From NCBI GenBank assembly GCA_013115145.1, contig JAAPAO010000167.1, positions 1-59,021 on the forward strand: a DNA stretch of 59,021 bases, written 5' to 3'. Shown here in pieces: positions 21,380-52,845 of the stretch (within the stretch, counting starts at the first letter, position 1; every line of letters starts with the position of its first letter). The translations under genes and the position numbers were made by a program. The notes beneath the pieces were generated by a model, which was not told the origin of the DNA, did not search any database, and was given only the letters and a program-made list of their open reading frames with translations. This DNA is from Perkinsus chesapeaki ATCC PRA-425 (lineage: Eukaryota; Protista; Perkinsozoa).

Positions 21380-23300
21380 TCAGGTAGCTATATTGCCATT
21401 CAGTTCTGTCGCGTTACGTGGCATCAATGAACCGACCTTCGGTTCTTTATATAATTTTTGTTCACTTATACAACTCAACACACTCTTGTATATAATATTA
21501 ATGGTCCAAGGCTTTCCACTACCAGTGACGGCCAAGGAGTGTACGATATTATTAATAATAACAACAACCAAAAGACCTGATAACACATATACCGCGAGCA
21601 TTCACACACTATTAAACCTTACCACTGTTACATAGGATCCACCTTCATCATTCCAACGGAGGTATCAGGTATCTTAGTAGGAGGGCCCTCAAGACCACCC
21701 TTATCATAGGGGGCATATACGATACCCTTCATATTACTGAAAGAGCAAATATAATCATTGTTAAAAAGTGTGCACAAGCTACGCACTTGATTTCGGAAAA
21801 GTATGATGCCCGTGAATTATAAGCTTATTGCATTCTAATTATATATTACTTTTCTTAACATCAGAGGAGAGAAATGTAGACACAATTTGCCATTGGGCCA
21901 ACAGCGCACAATGCCAGAACACCCAATACCTCGCCCATACTATAATTATTTCACTTTCTATAACCCCGCTCGATTTCATCTTTATATAGCTTAATCCTTA
22001 TATTAGCTTTTCTATCTACTTGATCCAATATCCCCACTCACTCAAATGCTATCATAGCCTCTCTCGCTTTATACGCCTCAGTTTTAACCAGGAAAGTTGG
22101 TAGCATTTCCCAACGGTACATGAACGGGGTAGCCTGAGGTCCATTGATACTTTAACATATTGACATTCACTTACCTTATACAGAAATACCGCACTGGCAC
22201 CACCGAACATTATCATCCTGGCAGTACGAAGGTTAATGAACTGCTCCAAGCTAGCTACGAAACCCATAGTAGCAAACTGATATAACTAAAGGATGAATAA
22301 TACTAGATTGAAAGAGGGAGCCAACAAGGCAGGGAATCCTCTACTTGAGAGGACTTGTAGACTTGTAGACCGCTTCACACACTTATAAAAGATGCAAAGT
22401 TGTTTGACGTAGAACAGTTGTAGATAATACGGTAAAGCACACCGAATAAAGGATTCAGGAACCAACACCAGAGTTGTAGGTTGGAAATAGTTCACAGTTT
22501 ATGAATAACAGAACCCAATATGAAACAAGGAAAAGGGAGACTCCACTACTATAGAACAGCACATATTAAGAGATCAAAACGTGCATGATGCTGCGTTGAG
22601 AAAATACAAGATTCGCCAAGAGTCCAAGATTTTGTCAACTCAACAGTGGTGGTTGTGCAGCTCAAGTGAACATGTAACATGCACTAGTGTGCTTCTTCCA
22701 TCTATTAAGGCATGGCAACCAAAGCATAGTGTCGGTCAGTGATGCCTGTCTACTTGGATATTCATGTGAACATACAGGGATCCTTCTACAGTGGGCAAGC
22801 TCATGTGACACAGCATAGGGCTAAAAGAAGGAGGAGCGCATGCGTACGGTTACACGCATGACGTAAAAATACTTTTCGGGGAAAAACACTCAAAGGCGAG
22901 ACTGACATGTCCGGGTTTTCGGGTTTCGGGTTTTCGGTCAACCGTGGACCAAGGGTGAGTTCTCAGTTAAGCAAGACAGGAGGCGGATGTCACATAATCA
23001 ATGAAGCACAACGTGGCACCTTGAGCCATGATTTAGCCAACTTAGTAGAATGAATAGCCGCTTTAAGAACATCTGTATGTGGGGCTGATCCTTGCATCTT
23101 TTCACCATCTAAAAGATATTGGTGTGCTTCATCCAACTAAGCAAAAAAGACTATACGCATGGGCAAAGTCATAGCTTACATGTCTGAAGGCTTCATCGAT
23201 CGCCAGAGCTTTACCGTAAATATTAATATGTGAAATAAGCCACTAAACACAAACAACTGGTGCTCTTTTCACCACCACACCTTACATCAATAACACCCAT
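21380..23300 (-). CDS. Hypothetical, probably membrane protein(s); multi-exon, boundaries uncertain
   Basis: Exon-like open segments bounded by AG/GT with hydrophobic stretches (IMFGGASAVFLYK|, VLSGLLVVVIINNIVHSL). No family recognised. Confidence 0.35.
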
Positions 23301-23615
23301 AACGTCGAACCCTGATTGAACAACAGTATGATGGAGTAGAAGCATCGGAGATGAATCTTACAAAATAAACTACACCATTTCCCGGGCGGTTCAATGCCGG
23401 GATGTAGACCGCACATGGAGCTAAGATACTCTATACGTTCGCTAAGATACGCCTACGATGGGTGCAAAGTCGGACGTGGAGCTGCAACTTGGTATAATCG
23501 AATGCCACCTTGAAACTAACTCAACATAGTTCCTACTGGAGTGATGAGACTATAATCTACTTTGCAGTGATGACTGAATAATATTATCAATATTTACGTT
23601 GTTGAATCTATACCA

Positions 23616-24991
23616 TCAATCCAGTTCTTCCTCTACCATCTGACACAAGCGGCATCAATCAGTTACACAAAGCGATGCTTACCTCCATAGGAATATCTTC
23701 GGTGCTGGGGACGTCCGCACTGTCATCAGCGGGTTGTTGTTCCTCCTAAATGCAACCTTGTTGTATTGTGAGTCTAACCTAGCCTACCGCCTGAGGGCTC
23801 ATTCGCGAAGTAGCTGTCGACCTCCTCCTCGTCGATCTGGCCGAAGCAGTTGATCCCTCAGACCTACACAACAGCAATGCCCCAGCCAATAGGAACGTAA
23901 AGCCTCACTTCTGTGTGGATCTTTTTCGCTTGGCAGCCGATGAAGTCGCTTTTTTCGGAGTTTCTCCCCGCATTAGGGCCATACCTTCCGGGGACGCCTC
24001 CCACTTCAAGCGCTCCCTAGATCGAACAAATCACTTCAAAAAGCGATAAGGAACGCACCTGTCAGCCTCATCTTTCCATTGCCGTTTCTCTTCGGGATCG
24101 ACAAGCTTCCACTTTCGAGCAACTTCACGGGAGCCTTCATCCCATGGCATGTTGGGAAAGTCTTCTTTAATTTTTGCCCATTCAACTGAGAAGCGGTAAC
24201 TCTATCCGATACACTACCCGCCGAGGCTTACCTTTTTGGAACATCGACCATGCGGTGAAAGATGGCTTCTTAGGCGTAGTGCCAGGTGTCCTCTTGCCAT
24301 GGGAAGGCGTCGTAGCTCCGGCTTGGTGACCCTTCGCAGCTGAAGCGGCTCGTCGCTTCTGAAAAGGACGAACCAAATGGAGCACTGTGAATAATACTCA
24401 AAGTATGGAATAGGTTACACTGGCGAGATCACTGTTGTCTTGTGCGGAGAATAATCATAGAGAATATTAACTCAACGGTAGATGGAGAGAATGCTCATAG
24501 AGAATATTAATTCAACGATAGGTGGAGAGAATGCTCATAGAGAGCATTAATTCAACGGTGGACGGAAAGAATTAGTGAGGAGGGAAACACTTGTTTGTAA
24601 TACTCATCTGTTATATATAAACAAAACGGTTGACCAACCTAGTAACTGCTAGTGTAGCGAGCATTTCCCACTAGCAGCTCACCTTCCTAGCTGGCCCTTT
24701 AGAAGTTGATCGTTCCGACTTGGGAGAGTCAGCCACAAATGGTACCACTGCGGGAGCCTCATCTCCTCCAGCTGGTGAAGCAGCACTAGACGGCGCCCCA
24801 GAGGCGTGTCCATGCTTCTTGCCCTTCCCTCGACTTTTAGCCTTTGCCGATCCTACCACCGCTGTTCCAAGATCAACAAGGACAAAATAGTTACCTGAGC
24901 CTCCGGAGGCACCTTTGCCAGTTCTAACTGCAGGAGGCGCCGGAGCAGGGTACCTGTTAATAACAACCTCATGTTCATGCCCAGTTGCCAT
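23616..24991 (-). CDS. HMG-box protein, multi-exon
   Basis: Removing intron 24186-24231 gives KKPSFTAWSMFQKVEWAKIKEDFPNMPWDEGSREVARKWKLVDPEEKRQWKDEADR, the HMG-box pattern. Basic N-terminal part, acidic tail ending MVEEELD*. Confidence 0.75.
24446..24565. repeat. 40-bp intronic tandem repeat, ~3 copies
   Basis: CATAGAG recurs at 24456, 24496 and 24536. Confidence 0.85.
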
Positions 24992-25074
24992 TTTACATTC
25001 GAAACAGGTGGAGGCGTGTTATGTCCTTCAACCTCGACATCAGAGCTGGCATCACTTCATCTGTAATATGCATC

Positions 25075-26110
25075 TTAACCTGTAAAAGGGCGACTACTCA
25101 ACAGCAGCAAACTCCATGGAGGAGCTGACCTTGAAGGCAAGGGAGTTAGGGTCATCTGATCGCCCATCATTGCACCTTCGTCTGCGTTGCGAATGTCCAA
25201 CACTAAAAATACAGCCGTCGCAATAGCGGCTAACAACGGCTGCCTTACCAAAGAGCCGATTTGCAATATTGATAAAAAGGCAGATCCTCTTGCAAAAGGA
25301 TGTCCTTGGCTCGCCATGTGTCGGGAAGACCGTAGATGATGAAGAGAACGAGAATCGCACTGAACGAGAACAGTAATAGCTATCAAGCATGGATGGCAGG
25401 TAGGGCTGTTTGTTACCCTTGAGTGACTTGGAAACGGCGATCGATTTGGATTCCCAATGGCAAATGATTCGTCATGAAAAAAGCACATTTCTCCTATGTT
25501 CACATGTACCGACTTCAAACGCTCGCCCGAACAACACTCATAACCGAACTTGTCCGAACTTGTGAAACAAAATACTGAAATTCGTTATTACGAGCTTCGC
25601 TCCGCCCAATCTTACCTATCATGAATCTCAGGTTTCCACCACCACAGTATCTTTCCAGAAGCTGCACCTCTCATTCGCGGAAGTTCCGCTGCCAAATCTA
25701 CCAGCCGTCTCACTCGTGATTCGAACGCATCTCGAGGACTTTCGGGAGACTGAACGAGAAGGGGAATCCGCCACGAGATTCAAACGTGCCTTATGCTCCG
25801 TGCAGATACGAACTAGCATTGTTTCACAGTCTGGCTGAGTAAAGATACTCTCCCCTCACCTGTTGAGCTGCTTTCTTCGACCGGCCAGAAGTCCCCCGGC
25901 CAGGTGAGCTGCCGAAACAAATGTATTGTCGCAGCGTTAATAGCATCTACGACAGACAACGTAGGACACTCTTCGAAGCTGCACGGTGACTTACTTGCAA
26001 TCTAATTATCTCATCTTGAGGTTTGTCGCCATTAACTGTTACTAGGGCCAATGGGCACTTTAGATTGAGGTCCTCGGGGAGATCGTCAAACGTCATGTGC
26101 ATCATCCTAG
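25075..26110 (-). CDS. Hypothetical spliced gene
   Basis: Chain of open exons with GTAAG/GTGAG donors (MHMTFDDLPEDLNLKCPL..IIRLQ|, ..KILWWWKPEIHDR|). No family recognised. Confidence 0.35.
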
Positions 26111-26350
26111 GAAAATATAGCATCATTCGTAAAAATATAGCCAAAAAAATTTCTCGATAGAGGATTCCAATTTCTCAAAAAACTCGACCCACTACGGCCC
26201 GATAAACATGCAGATGAGCCTAGAAAGCTGTGCGGAACCACTGAAAGGAAGACTTATCTTCCAGGTATCGAGGCGCCACGGGATGAGACAAGATTGATGA
26301 ACATTCAATTTCTTAGGGGACAGCCCCATTGCGTTGTACTGAACACCAGT

Positions 26351-28205
26351 GGTGTTACACCACGGATTTAAGCTCCTTGCCGTACTGATTCTGAATAAGC
26401 CCGTTAGGAAGCTCAGTGGTCTCCCTGTCAGCTCCTTCCGATATCATCTCCTCATAGGCCAGATGCGTCAGGTACCTTCGATATCAAAATTGAAAATATC
26501 CTAGCGGAGCGAAGCGTTTACATATATCCGAAATCTAGAAGATCCTGTGGTTTGAGCTGGGGAAGGTCCTTCAGTGCGTGTGCGCTGCCTAGTCTTTTGG
26601 ACTTCTGTATTTTCGGCTCCTCCGCTTTAACATCATCCAGAAAACTGTTGGCCCAAAGCTTGTTTGCAGTTGGTGGTACGAATGACGCCAATACACTGTC
26701 GTCGTTATCTAAGGAATTAAAACAGAGTAAATTCCCCTTGCTAATGGGAGTTAATGGGATAATATACAGACTCCGTAGACGACATGTATGCATAGAATTT
26801 GTATAATATACGAAACGGCATATCCAATACTAATATGAGGTACAGTTTGTATCTATATAATATCTAATGGTTGGATTTTCAGAGCTGCAACTAGCAGTGC
26901 TGATTGAGCAATTGTTCAATTGAATCCACATGCGCCCTCCTTTTGGGACGAGGTGCTCCAGAAGGTCACAAATACATTAGGACGATTTCTGCCAACTCTT
27001 TGCGTCATATGATGTTCCAAGTTGCACTACAAATTTAGCTTCGTGGGAAAAAGGAGCTGTTAGTTAACACTGTTGGTCAATCTTACCTTTACCAACATCA
27101 TTGGCGGCCTTCCGCATCATTTCCCATGCAACATTCATATCCCATTCCACTTCCGGTTCTGTCAACGGCTCCTTTAAAGCCTTGGATATCATCTCCTAAA
27201 ACAACCGGACCGTCCTGTCACAAGGCCACAAGCGTAAGTGGCGAGATTCTTTCGCTTCCTGGCCTACACTTCAAATGCTCCGATTCTAATAACCTCACGC
27301 AGAGACCGAAATGTCAAGGCCGACGAGCGGCAGCCTCGGGTCGGAAGGCGCGATTATCTATGATTTTTTCGGGGAATTCCGCTAAAAGTCCGACATGCAT
27401 CGGTCCAAGTGAGGAATGTTAACTCACTCGTTCGGATTCATCATTATTCTCTTCATCATCTGGCTCCCTCAATGCCGGCCCTTTATCCTCAAAGCTATAC
27501 GGCTCACCAAGCAAACGTCTACGCTTGTCACCGGAGATGCCCAAGATGCCGAGAACCTGATACTCGAACATTGGTCCTATAAAAGCGAATAACGGAGGAG
27601 TTAATAGGCGCATTAATGTCCCTCACTGCGGGGAACCTATTCCAGGAGGGACGCTACTGGTGGTGAACAAAGGGCGAGTGGCCTAACCTAAGGAACTTCT
27701 TACTTGATCGAGTGTCCACGGTGTAACCCCTTTCCATCGAATGAACCTCTTAGCAGCTTCGACTCTGGCCGGATGACACCACTTAGCCTCGACGCTCGGC
27801 TCGGCCATCAACCTCTTTTGCTTGGCTTCCTGGTTTCGCTCGTACGTCTGTTTGTTAGCCAAACCATCGGCGAGTTTCCTATACAGACAACCCGGGTTCA
27901 ATCCAGCCACCGGTCATTTTCCGAACTCACTCCAAAATTGCGGAGACCTCTCTCCTTTCGCTCGAGGTGTTCATACCAAACTTCAGCGTCCTTATCATCA
28001 AGCCCAGCGCTCTCAGCGATGGACGTTCCAAGCCGGCCAGTCCATACCTAAAAAACAGCGACCTATCCAACATCAACGACGCTCGAGAGAAGCCCAGAAA
28101 TGCTTCCGAAAAGACGAAAAGAAACCAGCAATGCCGAAGTTGAGAGTCCCGATAAGAACCACATTGCCGGCTTCTCTTTCTGTGCCGATTCGGGACGTCT
28201 GACAT
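26351..28205 (-). CDS. Hypothetical spliced gene
   Basis: Intron 27879-27930 joins ..VSAILE|KLADGLANK.. in frame. A 46-nt intron near 26475-26520 joins ..DFGYM|YLTHLAYEEM..KSVV*. Confidence 0.5.
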
Positions 28206-28299
28206 GTTTATAGTAGGAACTTTCCATGGACCGTCTCTGCTCAGATACCGAACGATTTTGCATCTTACAGTGTATTAATCCTCTCCACTATGGCTTTAG

Positions 28300-30300
28300 T
28301 GTAGTTACCATCTTCAACAGGGACCAACTCACCGAGTCCGCCAGTAAGGGAGGCGTACCTGATATATCATTGAACGGTATAGATGAACCATGGTATCCTC
28401 GGTGACGCTTAGAACCGTCAGTGTGAGGCACACGAAACTTCTCATCTACAAGTGCCCGGGGATGGATCGAAGGAAGAGGGGGAATACTGCAGTGCTGCTG
28501 AGCGCATTGAAGGGCTTTACTTACATATTGTATTGCTGCATTCGATCAGTAGTACACAGCAGTTGTGTCCGTAGAAGATTGTGGCTTTGCAACAGACGCA
28601 TGTGGTTGACCGAGGCCTAAGATATTAAATACAACCAACAGAGACGGGCACAGTAAGACTCTACTTGATAAGCTATTTTTTGGTCTTCGGACACGAAGGC
28701 GAAGCCTGCATTGACGAACATGTCTCGGGTGATGTACTCAGACGGGTGCTGTAAATGATGCGTGCTTGGTTGCTCAGCTGAGAACAATACAGGAATCACA
28801 GAGGAGGCGGAAGGACAACGATATATACCACTACAGCAGTGGTACATACGGAACACACCACCATTATGATGGACAATATCGATTGATTGAAGAATAATAT
28901 CAAGACGAGTTATGGAAGATTTACACAATGGAAAGTATATGATGAAGAGTGGCTTTCCAGAAGAGGATACTTCCTATGCAGGCTGCTTCAACGGCCTTAG
29001 ACACAACTGACGTACACGTTTCCTTCCCGTCAGGCAGCATCATAAGGAAGAATATCACGTAACCTTGTGGGAAAAGATTCTCCTTACAATTTTCTAGTAG
29101 TAGAAAGTAACGCTTTTTAATAGGAGCTCACATTCACTTCCTGAAGGTGCCGCAACAGCTTCTCCCTTAGAGCTCAGTTGGCTCTTTAATTCATCCAAAT
29201 AAACAGTCAGAACTCTACGCAGATCGGCCAGTTTCACCTGCGTTGAGAAAATGCAAGAATGCAAGATTTCCACCTGGCTGACCTTATCCTGCAGCTCGGT
29301 AACAACGCATTTTGAACGAACAAGGAGGAGCCAGTGGTCCGTTGATGGTGGTCTCAATCGGGACAGATGCTTGTTGAAGATTCCCAAGCCTATCAGGCGG
29401 AATCACAAAAAAAATAAACTGAGATACTCACCATCGAATTCACTGTCGATTTCTGACTTAATCATCTCCATCGCACCTGAAAGATAGGGGCTCAACATAG
29501 CTCGCCCGGCGGTTAAGAAATCTACACAGTGCGAAAGCGCGGATATGGCAGGTAGGCTGAGGTATCTTCAGTTACACTGAGATCGGGCTCGATATACAGT
29601 GTGTTCGATTTTGATAGTCCAAAATGGAAAAATGTTATATTTTTATCATTTCAGCGACTAAGAGCATGAAACTTGTAGGATAATGACTCCTAAGTATGAC
29701 AAAACGTTTTATGTATACTCTCATAATCGATCACGATCGTATAAATATATAAACATTCAGGCGGTAATTGGTAGTGCCGACTAGATTCGGCAAAACGATT
29801 ATAATGTAGAAGCGCATACATCAAAATGTGCCAATATTGCGGAACATTGACTGAGGAACAACGCAGTTACTTAACCACTACATTCGGCGGCGCGAACACA
29901 CTGAGAAGACTGGTTCGGTGAATTGTTGCCAATAAACACTTTATAATCCTTACCCGGCTCCCCGGCTCCAATTCGGCTGATAGGCGGTAGGAGTCCCCCG
30001 GCAGATGATGCAGTCGCATTATCCATCATAGTGATATCAGACTTGGCCATATTGCCAGATCCAAGCCACTTGATGATGGCCTCCAGCTCAAGCTCGTCTG
30101 AAAAGACACTCCATCAGTTGGCATCCGACGATACAGCAGGGCGCTCCGGATTCCCAGAACGCCTAGTTTTTCACTTGCACTAGCATCACCCTTCCGTCCA
30201 GGATCACAGATATACGAGACACAATAGGATAGAACATATGTTCTTAAAACAACATTAAATTCATGCCGAGCGGCAAAGCTAGTGTCTAACTTCGACACAC
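28300..30300 (-). CDS. Unassigned exons (separate gene or far 3' end of CHD paralogue 2)
   Basis: Several open exon-like segments (e.g. VKLADLRRVLTVYLDELKSQL); no motif recognised. Confidence 0.3.
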
Positions 30301-30446
30301 TAACAACTCAACTAATCCAGCTAATACGCTCATTGGTGGCCACTGCAAAAGACTCTAGATCAGGGCATATTTTGCAGTTGCCTAAATTCAAGTCTCTAGT
30401 ATCGAAGATATGCCAGTCTAATTTAGCAGCACAGGGCTCCAACTCC

Positions 30447-46887
<16,441 letters not shown>

Positions 46888-46949
46888 TGTAAAGTGACAA
46901 TGCAGGTGACTAATCCCAATACCGAAATACTAACACAAGTCAATAGTTC

Positions 46950-49900
46950 AATTGTTCTATTCAACTGTCGGCAGTTGTACTGTACTAGTCTCGCCAGATT
47001 CTTCTACTTTTTAAGATTTACCCCCCTTCACCGAACTTACCAAAATCCACACTGCCAATTGGACATGAGCGTTAGAGCCTACCTTCCGTCACCCCTCCAA
47101 GGTTACCCTGTATCATAGGACCCCACTTAATAGGGATAACAACCCAGCCTTCCGGACCAGCCAATTTGTGTCGACCGCTCTTAAATGGCATATGCTGCAT
47201 CTCATCAGCCTCTATAAGACTACCAAGCGAGATATAAGTGATGACCCGCCAAGGACAGCTCAGAAAGGGATTCACTGCCCGATTTTTCCGTGGGAAACGT
47301 CTCGGCCCCAGTCGCTGGAGACACGTCGGCGGAACCTCGCCGTCATTGCTCAACAATCTGCCCACAGTGATATCTATAAGCTCATTCTACAAATTTCTGC
47401 CTATTATGTTCCTTGGCCGGATTAAAACACCTCATAATATACCCCCATCTCCAATCGTTATATTATATCTCACCACCCGCAACACTTCTCCATCGTCACA
47501 GTATCCATTTGCACCCTCAAGATTGGACCACATCATCAATCATACCGCATTTCCCTCACCACTCAGAAGTGGCCTCCGACAGTTTGTTGATGATGTCCTA
47601 GAGCTCCATTCGTGACACGATATTCGAATCCTTCTCATAGCTATCCCACCCAAGCATATCCCATCCGCACGCATGCGCACGCCTCCGCCACCAATCCGCC
47701 GCGTCACTCGCCTCATCTACCGCTGACCTACCATCACCGGCCACCGGCTGTCAGAATGGGATGGGTAGCTCTAGTACATTACACTAGAAACACTTATCAA
47801 GCTACGCAGGTTCGATCCTGGGTAAGGGCATATAACGGGACAGGTATGCACACAATATTACGCACCCTCGGGCTCGCCCAAGTGACAAGCTAACAGAAGC
47901 TGTACTATACAGCGATCGGGTATAGCAACTAAACCGGTAGTGTGCCGCATGCATAAAACCTAAACTAATATCGAATGTAAATACGTCGCAATAATAATAT
48001 GCAAGAATAGTAGTACTAATTAGGACCCATTGCTCAGTGTTCACGACATCATACAATCGACGAAACTCGTACAAATCCTCAAAGTGGATCATCTCCTCAC
48101 AAAAGTGAGATGCTCAAACCACACCAAAGTATTACTAACCAACAGTAGCTACGAGAAGTATCAATTAAGTACCCGGAACACCACCACCACCAGCAGCAGC
48201 AGTAGACTGATAGCAATACGTTGACATAACAACGCAATTGATCAAGAATAAATTATCAATTATAATAAGGATAAGAGGAGATTCATAAAGCAGTCTATGC
48301 ATGCCATACCATACTATTGGAGCGTAATAACAAGTGCACAGTTATATATCATACCGCTCTCTCATATTCACTCAGAACTATACACCATATACCCCTCGTG
48401 ATAACTATACATAATAAACCTTTGCAAACAACTTAACTGAACCCTCCGAAAGTGCAAGTCACTTCCTTATAATTCTCCCTACAGTTCAATCTAACAGCAC
48501 GGGCATCACACATCACTCTATTGCCGCAGAACTACCAAAGACCCACAACCAGGCCAACCGGCGCACTGTTAACCTTTGCGCACGCGTGCTGCACGCATGC
48601 ACACGAGTGGGAAGACCATCAGAAGGCGCACCAGCAGAGGTGTCATCTAAAACCCCTAAACCCCTACACCCGGAACTATCCCACCTTATCCGATTCGGTT
48701 ATGTATTCACATACCCGCCCTGGTTCAACAGGAAATACATTCCTATCATCATTCTTTCCACCCAGGTTCGAACCCCAGAGCCAACATCTATTAACAGCTC
48801 GAAACTCCCTTCCAGTCAATGCAAATAATAAGCAACAAAAGCTATCCACTCGGATGCTTTCATCTTACACTCAATCGTTACAGAAAAGATTCATCGTTAT
48901 TTTCGTACAAGTAGACTTAATATTTTTCATCATTTTTGATGCTTGAAGAACGCTCCACCGAACAGAGGCCTTTCATGTCTGACATCTTCGTTGAACGCCC
49001 ACTGCGTCGCCCTGACACAAATTCTGTCCCCATTTCCGCGAAAGCCAGCCCTACCAGCCCGCTACTCCAACCGCGACAAGTACCGAAATGAGCATTTTCA
49101 AAATCGATCAGCTGATCGATTACGCTTACCTTAGTAGGAAGTTGGCATCAATCTTCCGCTGCAGTTCCTCTTCCCGCCATTTGTGTGTATAATAATTATA
49201 TATCAAATATAACCCTACTCCGGTGATACCAACGAAACACGCCCTGAATGAACAAGACGAAGAAGAAGACCACCATATTAAACAACAAAGGGAGTGCATT
49301 TGCTACTAAATTAATAATCAAGGCAATAATGAGTAATAATAACTTATTATTGAGGGCTCAATGTCCATGTCTAACAGGCTTCATTGCTTCCATTTTCAGA
49401 ATTTGACATGGACGCACACAAATGGCGTCGAAGTGGACAAGCTATTATATCTCCGTATCACTAGTAACTTGTTGAGACTACTTTAGACACTCCAGATAGG
49501 AAAAGATAAGAAGGGATGTATTTCATACTTTTACCAACTCAATCTCAAACCACACTAGACGCTTTGGATGCCTTCCACCATCTCATTTTCAGCACCGAAC
49601 AACGTGCTTATAAAATGCCATCGTATGGAACAACCTATTAGATCTCCGCATCCCTACTAACACGTAACAATCTCTGTGGATGATGCATTGCTCCTTCATA
49701 CCGCTCCTCTCCCAACTTACTTATTAAAAGGGCTCTCAAAAAACCTATTGACCGAGTCGGCCAGGATCTCTATAGAGCTCTTCGGTCGAGGAGGCGTGTC
49801 GTTCTCACCACTTGAGGAGTTCATCATCGTATTAGTGTGGCTCTGATGCATATTATTGATAGTAATTGGGGCGCCTGAAACACACGAGATGCCGATGCCA

Positions 49901-52845
49901 CACTTACGTACTATGCTGATAATAAAAACCAAAACCCGAAAACCCAAACCCTAAACCCGGATATCGCATTAACATATAGTATGTGTAATATACAGTATTG
50001 CGGAATATATATAGAGCACTCCTCAATGTAGAGACAGGAACGATCTAGGAATGACACGTATCAGTTCGAGAATCTTAAGTTGATTATTGCATTCTTTACG
50101 GAGACTGTCCGACGGACTACACCAAGTGGTGGATGAAGCTGTTAAGCCTCACCAATCTTAATGAGGAAGGAGACATTCCACCATCAAAGCCTCTCAAAGA
50201 TCACAATAAACACGGGCTGTTGACAGACAACGATTCTCTTCCAGGTCATCACCATCTCCGCTTACCCTCAGTTTTAATAGCCGATGCAAACTGTGATAGC
50301 TCCGCGATGACCTGTCGTCTCGTTTGATCTGATATACAACTATCATAACAACACACGCTCCCATTTACTCCTACCAGGGGCGACTCACTGATAAAAAATT
50401 TCTCGTACATGTCTCACGAATTGCGATACCGCATAACTTATACAAATCATATATAATGCATCTTATGAGTAGAGAGAGTTACAAATGACATGTCTCAGAG
50501 GAGGTTAATCTTCGAAGCTCTATCCCTTCAGTCATCGGGACAGGTTTTTACCACAAGGTAGGTACCGAAATGACCCCTAATTTAGTAGCCATCAGCGGGA
50601 ACTAAACATTCTGAATCTACCTCATTATAAATATAGTGAACTTATGGATCTATACGACCAGAGTATGAAACGACATAATAGTCAGTAGTTCTATTAACGG
50701 ATTAATTTACCTACATTCCTTCAAGAATTATTTCCTTTATAATATTTCCTAAAGAGAAAGGAAATATTTATAATGGGATTCTTTTCAGGAATTATTTCCT
50801 ATAATAACATTCCTATAATAATATTTCCTATAATAACATTCATATAATAATATTTCCTACAATAACATTCCTATAATAATATTTCCTATAATAACATTCC
50901 TATAATAATATTTCCTATAATAACATTCATATAATAATATTTCCTATAATAACATTCCTATAATAATATTTCCTATAATAACATTCCTATAATAATATTT
51001 CCNNNNNNNNNNNNNNNNNNNNNNNNNNNNNNNNNNNNNNNNNNNNNNNNNNNNNNNNNNNNNNNNNNNNNNNNNNNNNNNNNNNNNNNNNNNNNNNNNN
51101 NNATATTTCCTATAATAACATTCCTATAATAATATTTCCTATAATAACATTCCTATAATAATATTTCCTATAATAACATTCCTATAATAATATTTCCTAT
51201 AATAACATTCCTATAATAATATTTCCTATAATAACATTCCTATAATAATATTTCCTATAATAACATTCCTATAATAATATTTCCTATAATAACATTCCTA
51301 TAATAATATTACCTATAATAACATTCCTATAATGACATTCCTATAATAACATTCCTATAATAACATTCCTATAATAATATTTTCTACATATTATTTCCTA
51401 TAATAATATTTCCTATCCTTCCCAATCCTCGCCCCCCCCCTCTCTATTACCCCGTATGTCCTGTTCCCTGGCTAATACTGCATCAACGTTCATAGGTGGC
51501 ATCATCACCATAGATCGTCCAGAGTAATCTTCGTATGTATCCTCACTCACAACCGTGGTCATCTGCCCCCCTCCAGATTGGCCATATAGTGGATGTGGCT
51601 GAATGGCAGCTGCCTCATTGGAGCTGGCTGAGGTACTGGACACCGAGTTCCTGAAATCCATACTTTACCAATTGACCAGCTTAAGATGACAGCAAGTTGC
51701 AATCCATTTGGTTTAGCATTTATCAAAGGTGCAAGATCTTTAAGCCTCCCTCGGCGGCGCTTCGTTCCACAATCTACACTGCACGGTAAAAGCCTTATGC
51801 CTCCTGTTTACATCTTGACAATATTACTATTACTAACCATCCTGGTACACAATGAATCAGAATACATATCACATATTACTTTACATTCCCTCAAGTCTCT
51901 CGCGTAACCAATCATTCGCTATGATCGCAATTGTATCGTATGGCAAAAAAATTCACAACGGTGAGTGCTTATATAATATACATTTGGCTAGGTGGTGGTA
52001 TGATTCATACAAAGGTAATTTCCGTCATTATTTTTGACTAATGTAGGAGACACAAAATACCCCTCACAAGTCATATGAATCCCTTCCTCAATTTAGTACC
52101 ATCTTTCTCCTCTATAAGCCTGCTTGTTTTCTAAAGGTTGTCTCTCACTTTCGCCACTATCCGTACTACTAGTACTACCACCCCCCGCCGATGCTGAGAT
52201 GTAGCCTTCATCAGTAGATGCCCCTACCGGGGATCGATCCGACATCCTTTGACCAAATTGATTAGAGAACATCATCCACAGAAGGCTAAGAGGAGGAGAC
52301 TTATGAACAATAATGTGTAAGAAGATACAGTACTAACAAACCACCCCAACACAGCGCAGCACTTTCAGTGCTGTTGTGGCGACGCTTGAACCCTTAACCT
52401 TATCGATCAAAGAAGTCTCTATCGACTGTAAAGATATCTTCTATCTGTTGAGCGCTCCTTGGAACCTCCTAACGATAAAGCTAATAATCTTTATTATCCA
52501 ATGAGGCCAACTACGTCCCACAATCTGTTGTCCACCACCCCAATCCCCCTGTAATATAACTCTAGCTCAACACTACTATTTCAGCACATGTCCTCCTCAT
52601 TCGACCTTAGATACCCATTCCCATACCTCCCGCTGCTCTTCACTTCGAGCAGACTCCGGGCATCGATACCCATTAATTAGCTCAATCCAGCTTCGCTCCG
52701 CCTCACCCATATTAACATTTTCATCCTCCCTTGGTCGATGTTGTCGCATATACATTTGTTGCTGCCATACAAGGTACTTGTGACGTGGGCAAAGGTTAAG
52801 GTCTTTACAATCATTATGTGAATGGAGATAAGGCTGGGACGACAT
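46950..52845 (-). CDS. One or more unidentified multi-exon genes
   Basis: Many open exon-like segments with canonical splice sites (MSSQPYLHSH.., ..KWREEELQRKIDANFLLR|, DIINKLSEATSEW|). I could not assemble or name them. Confidence 0.4.
50793..51416. repeat. 29-bp intronic satellite (TTCCTATAATAACATTCCTATAATAATAT) spanning a gap
   Basis: Period 29 on both sides of Ns 51003-51102. Confidence 0.95.
51003..51102. other. Assembly gap
   Basis: Run of N. Confidence 1.
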
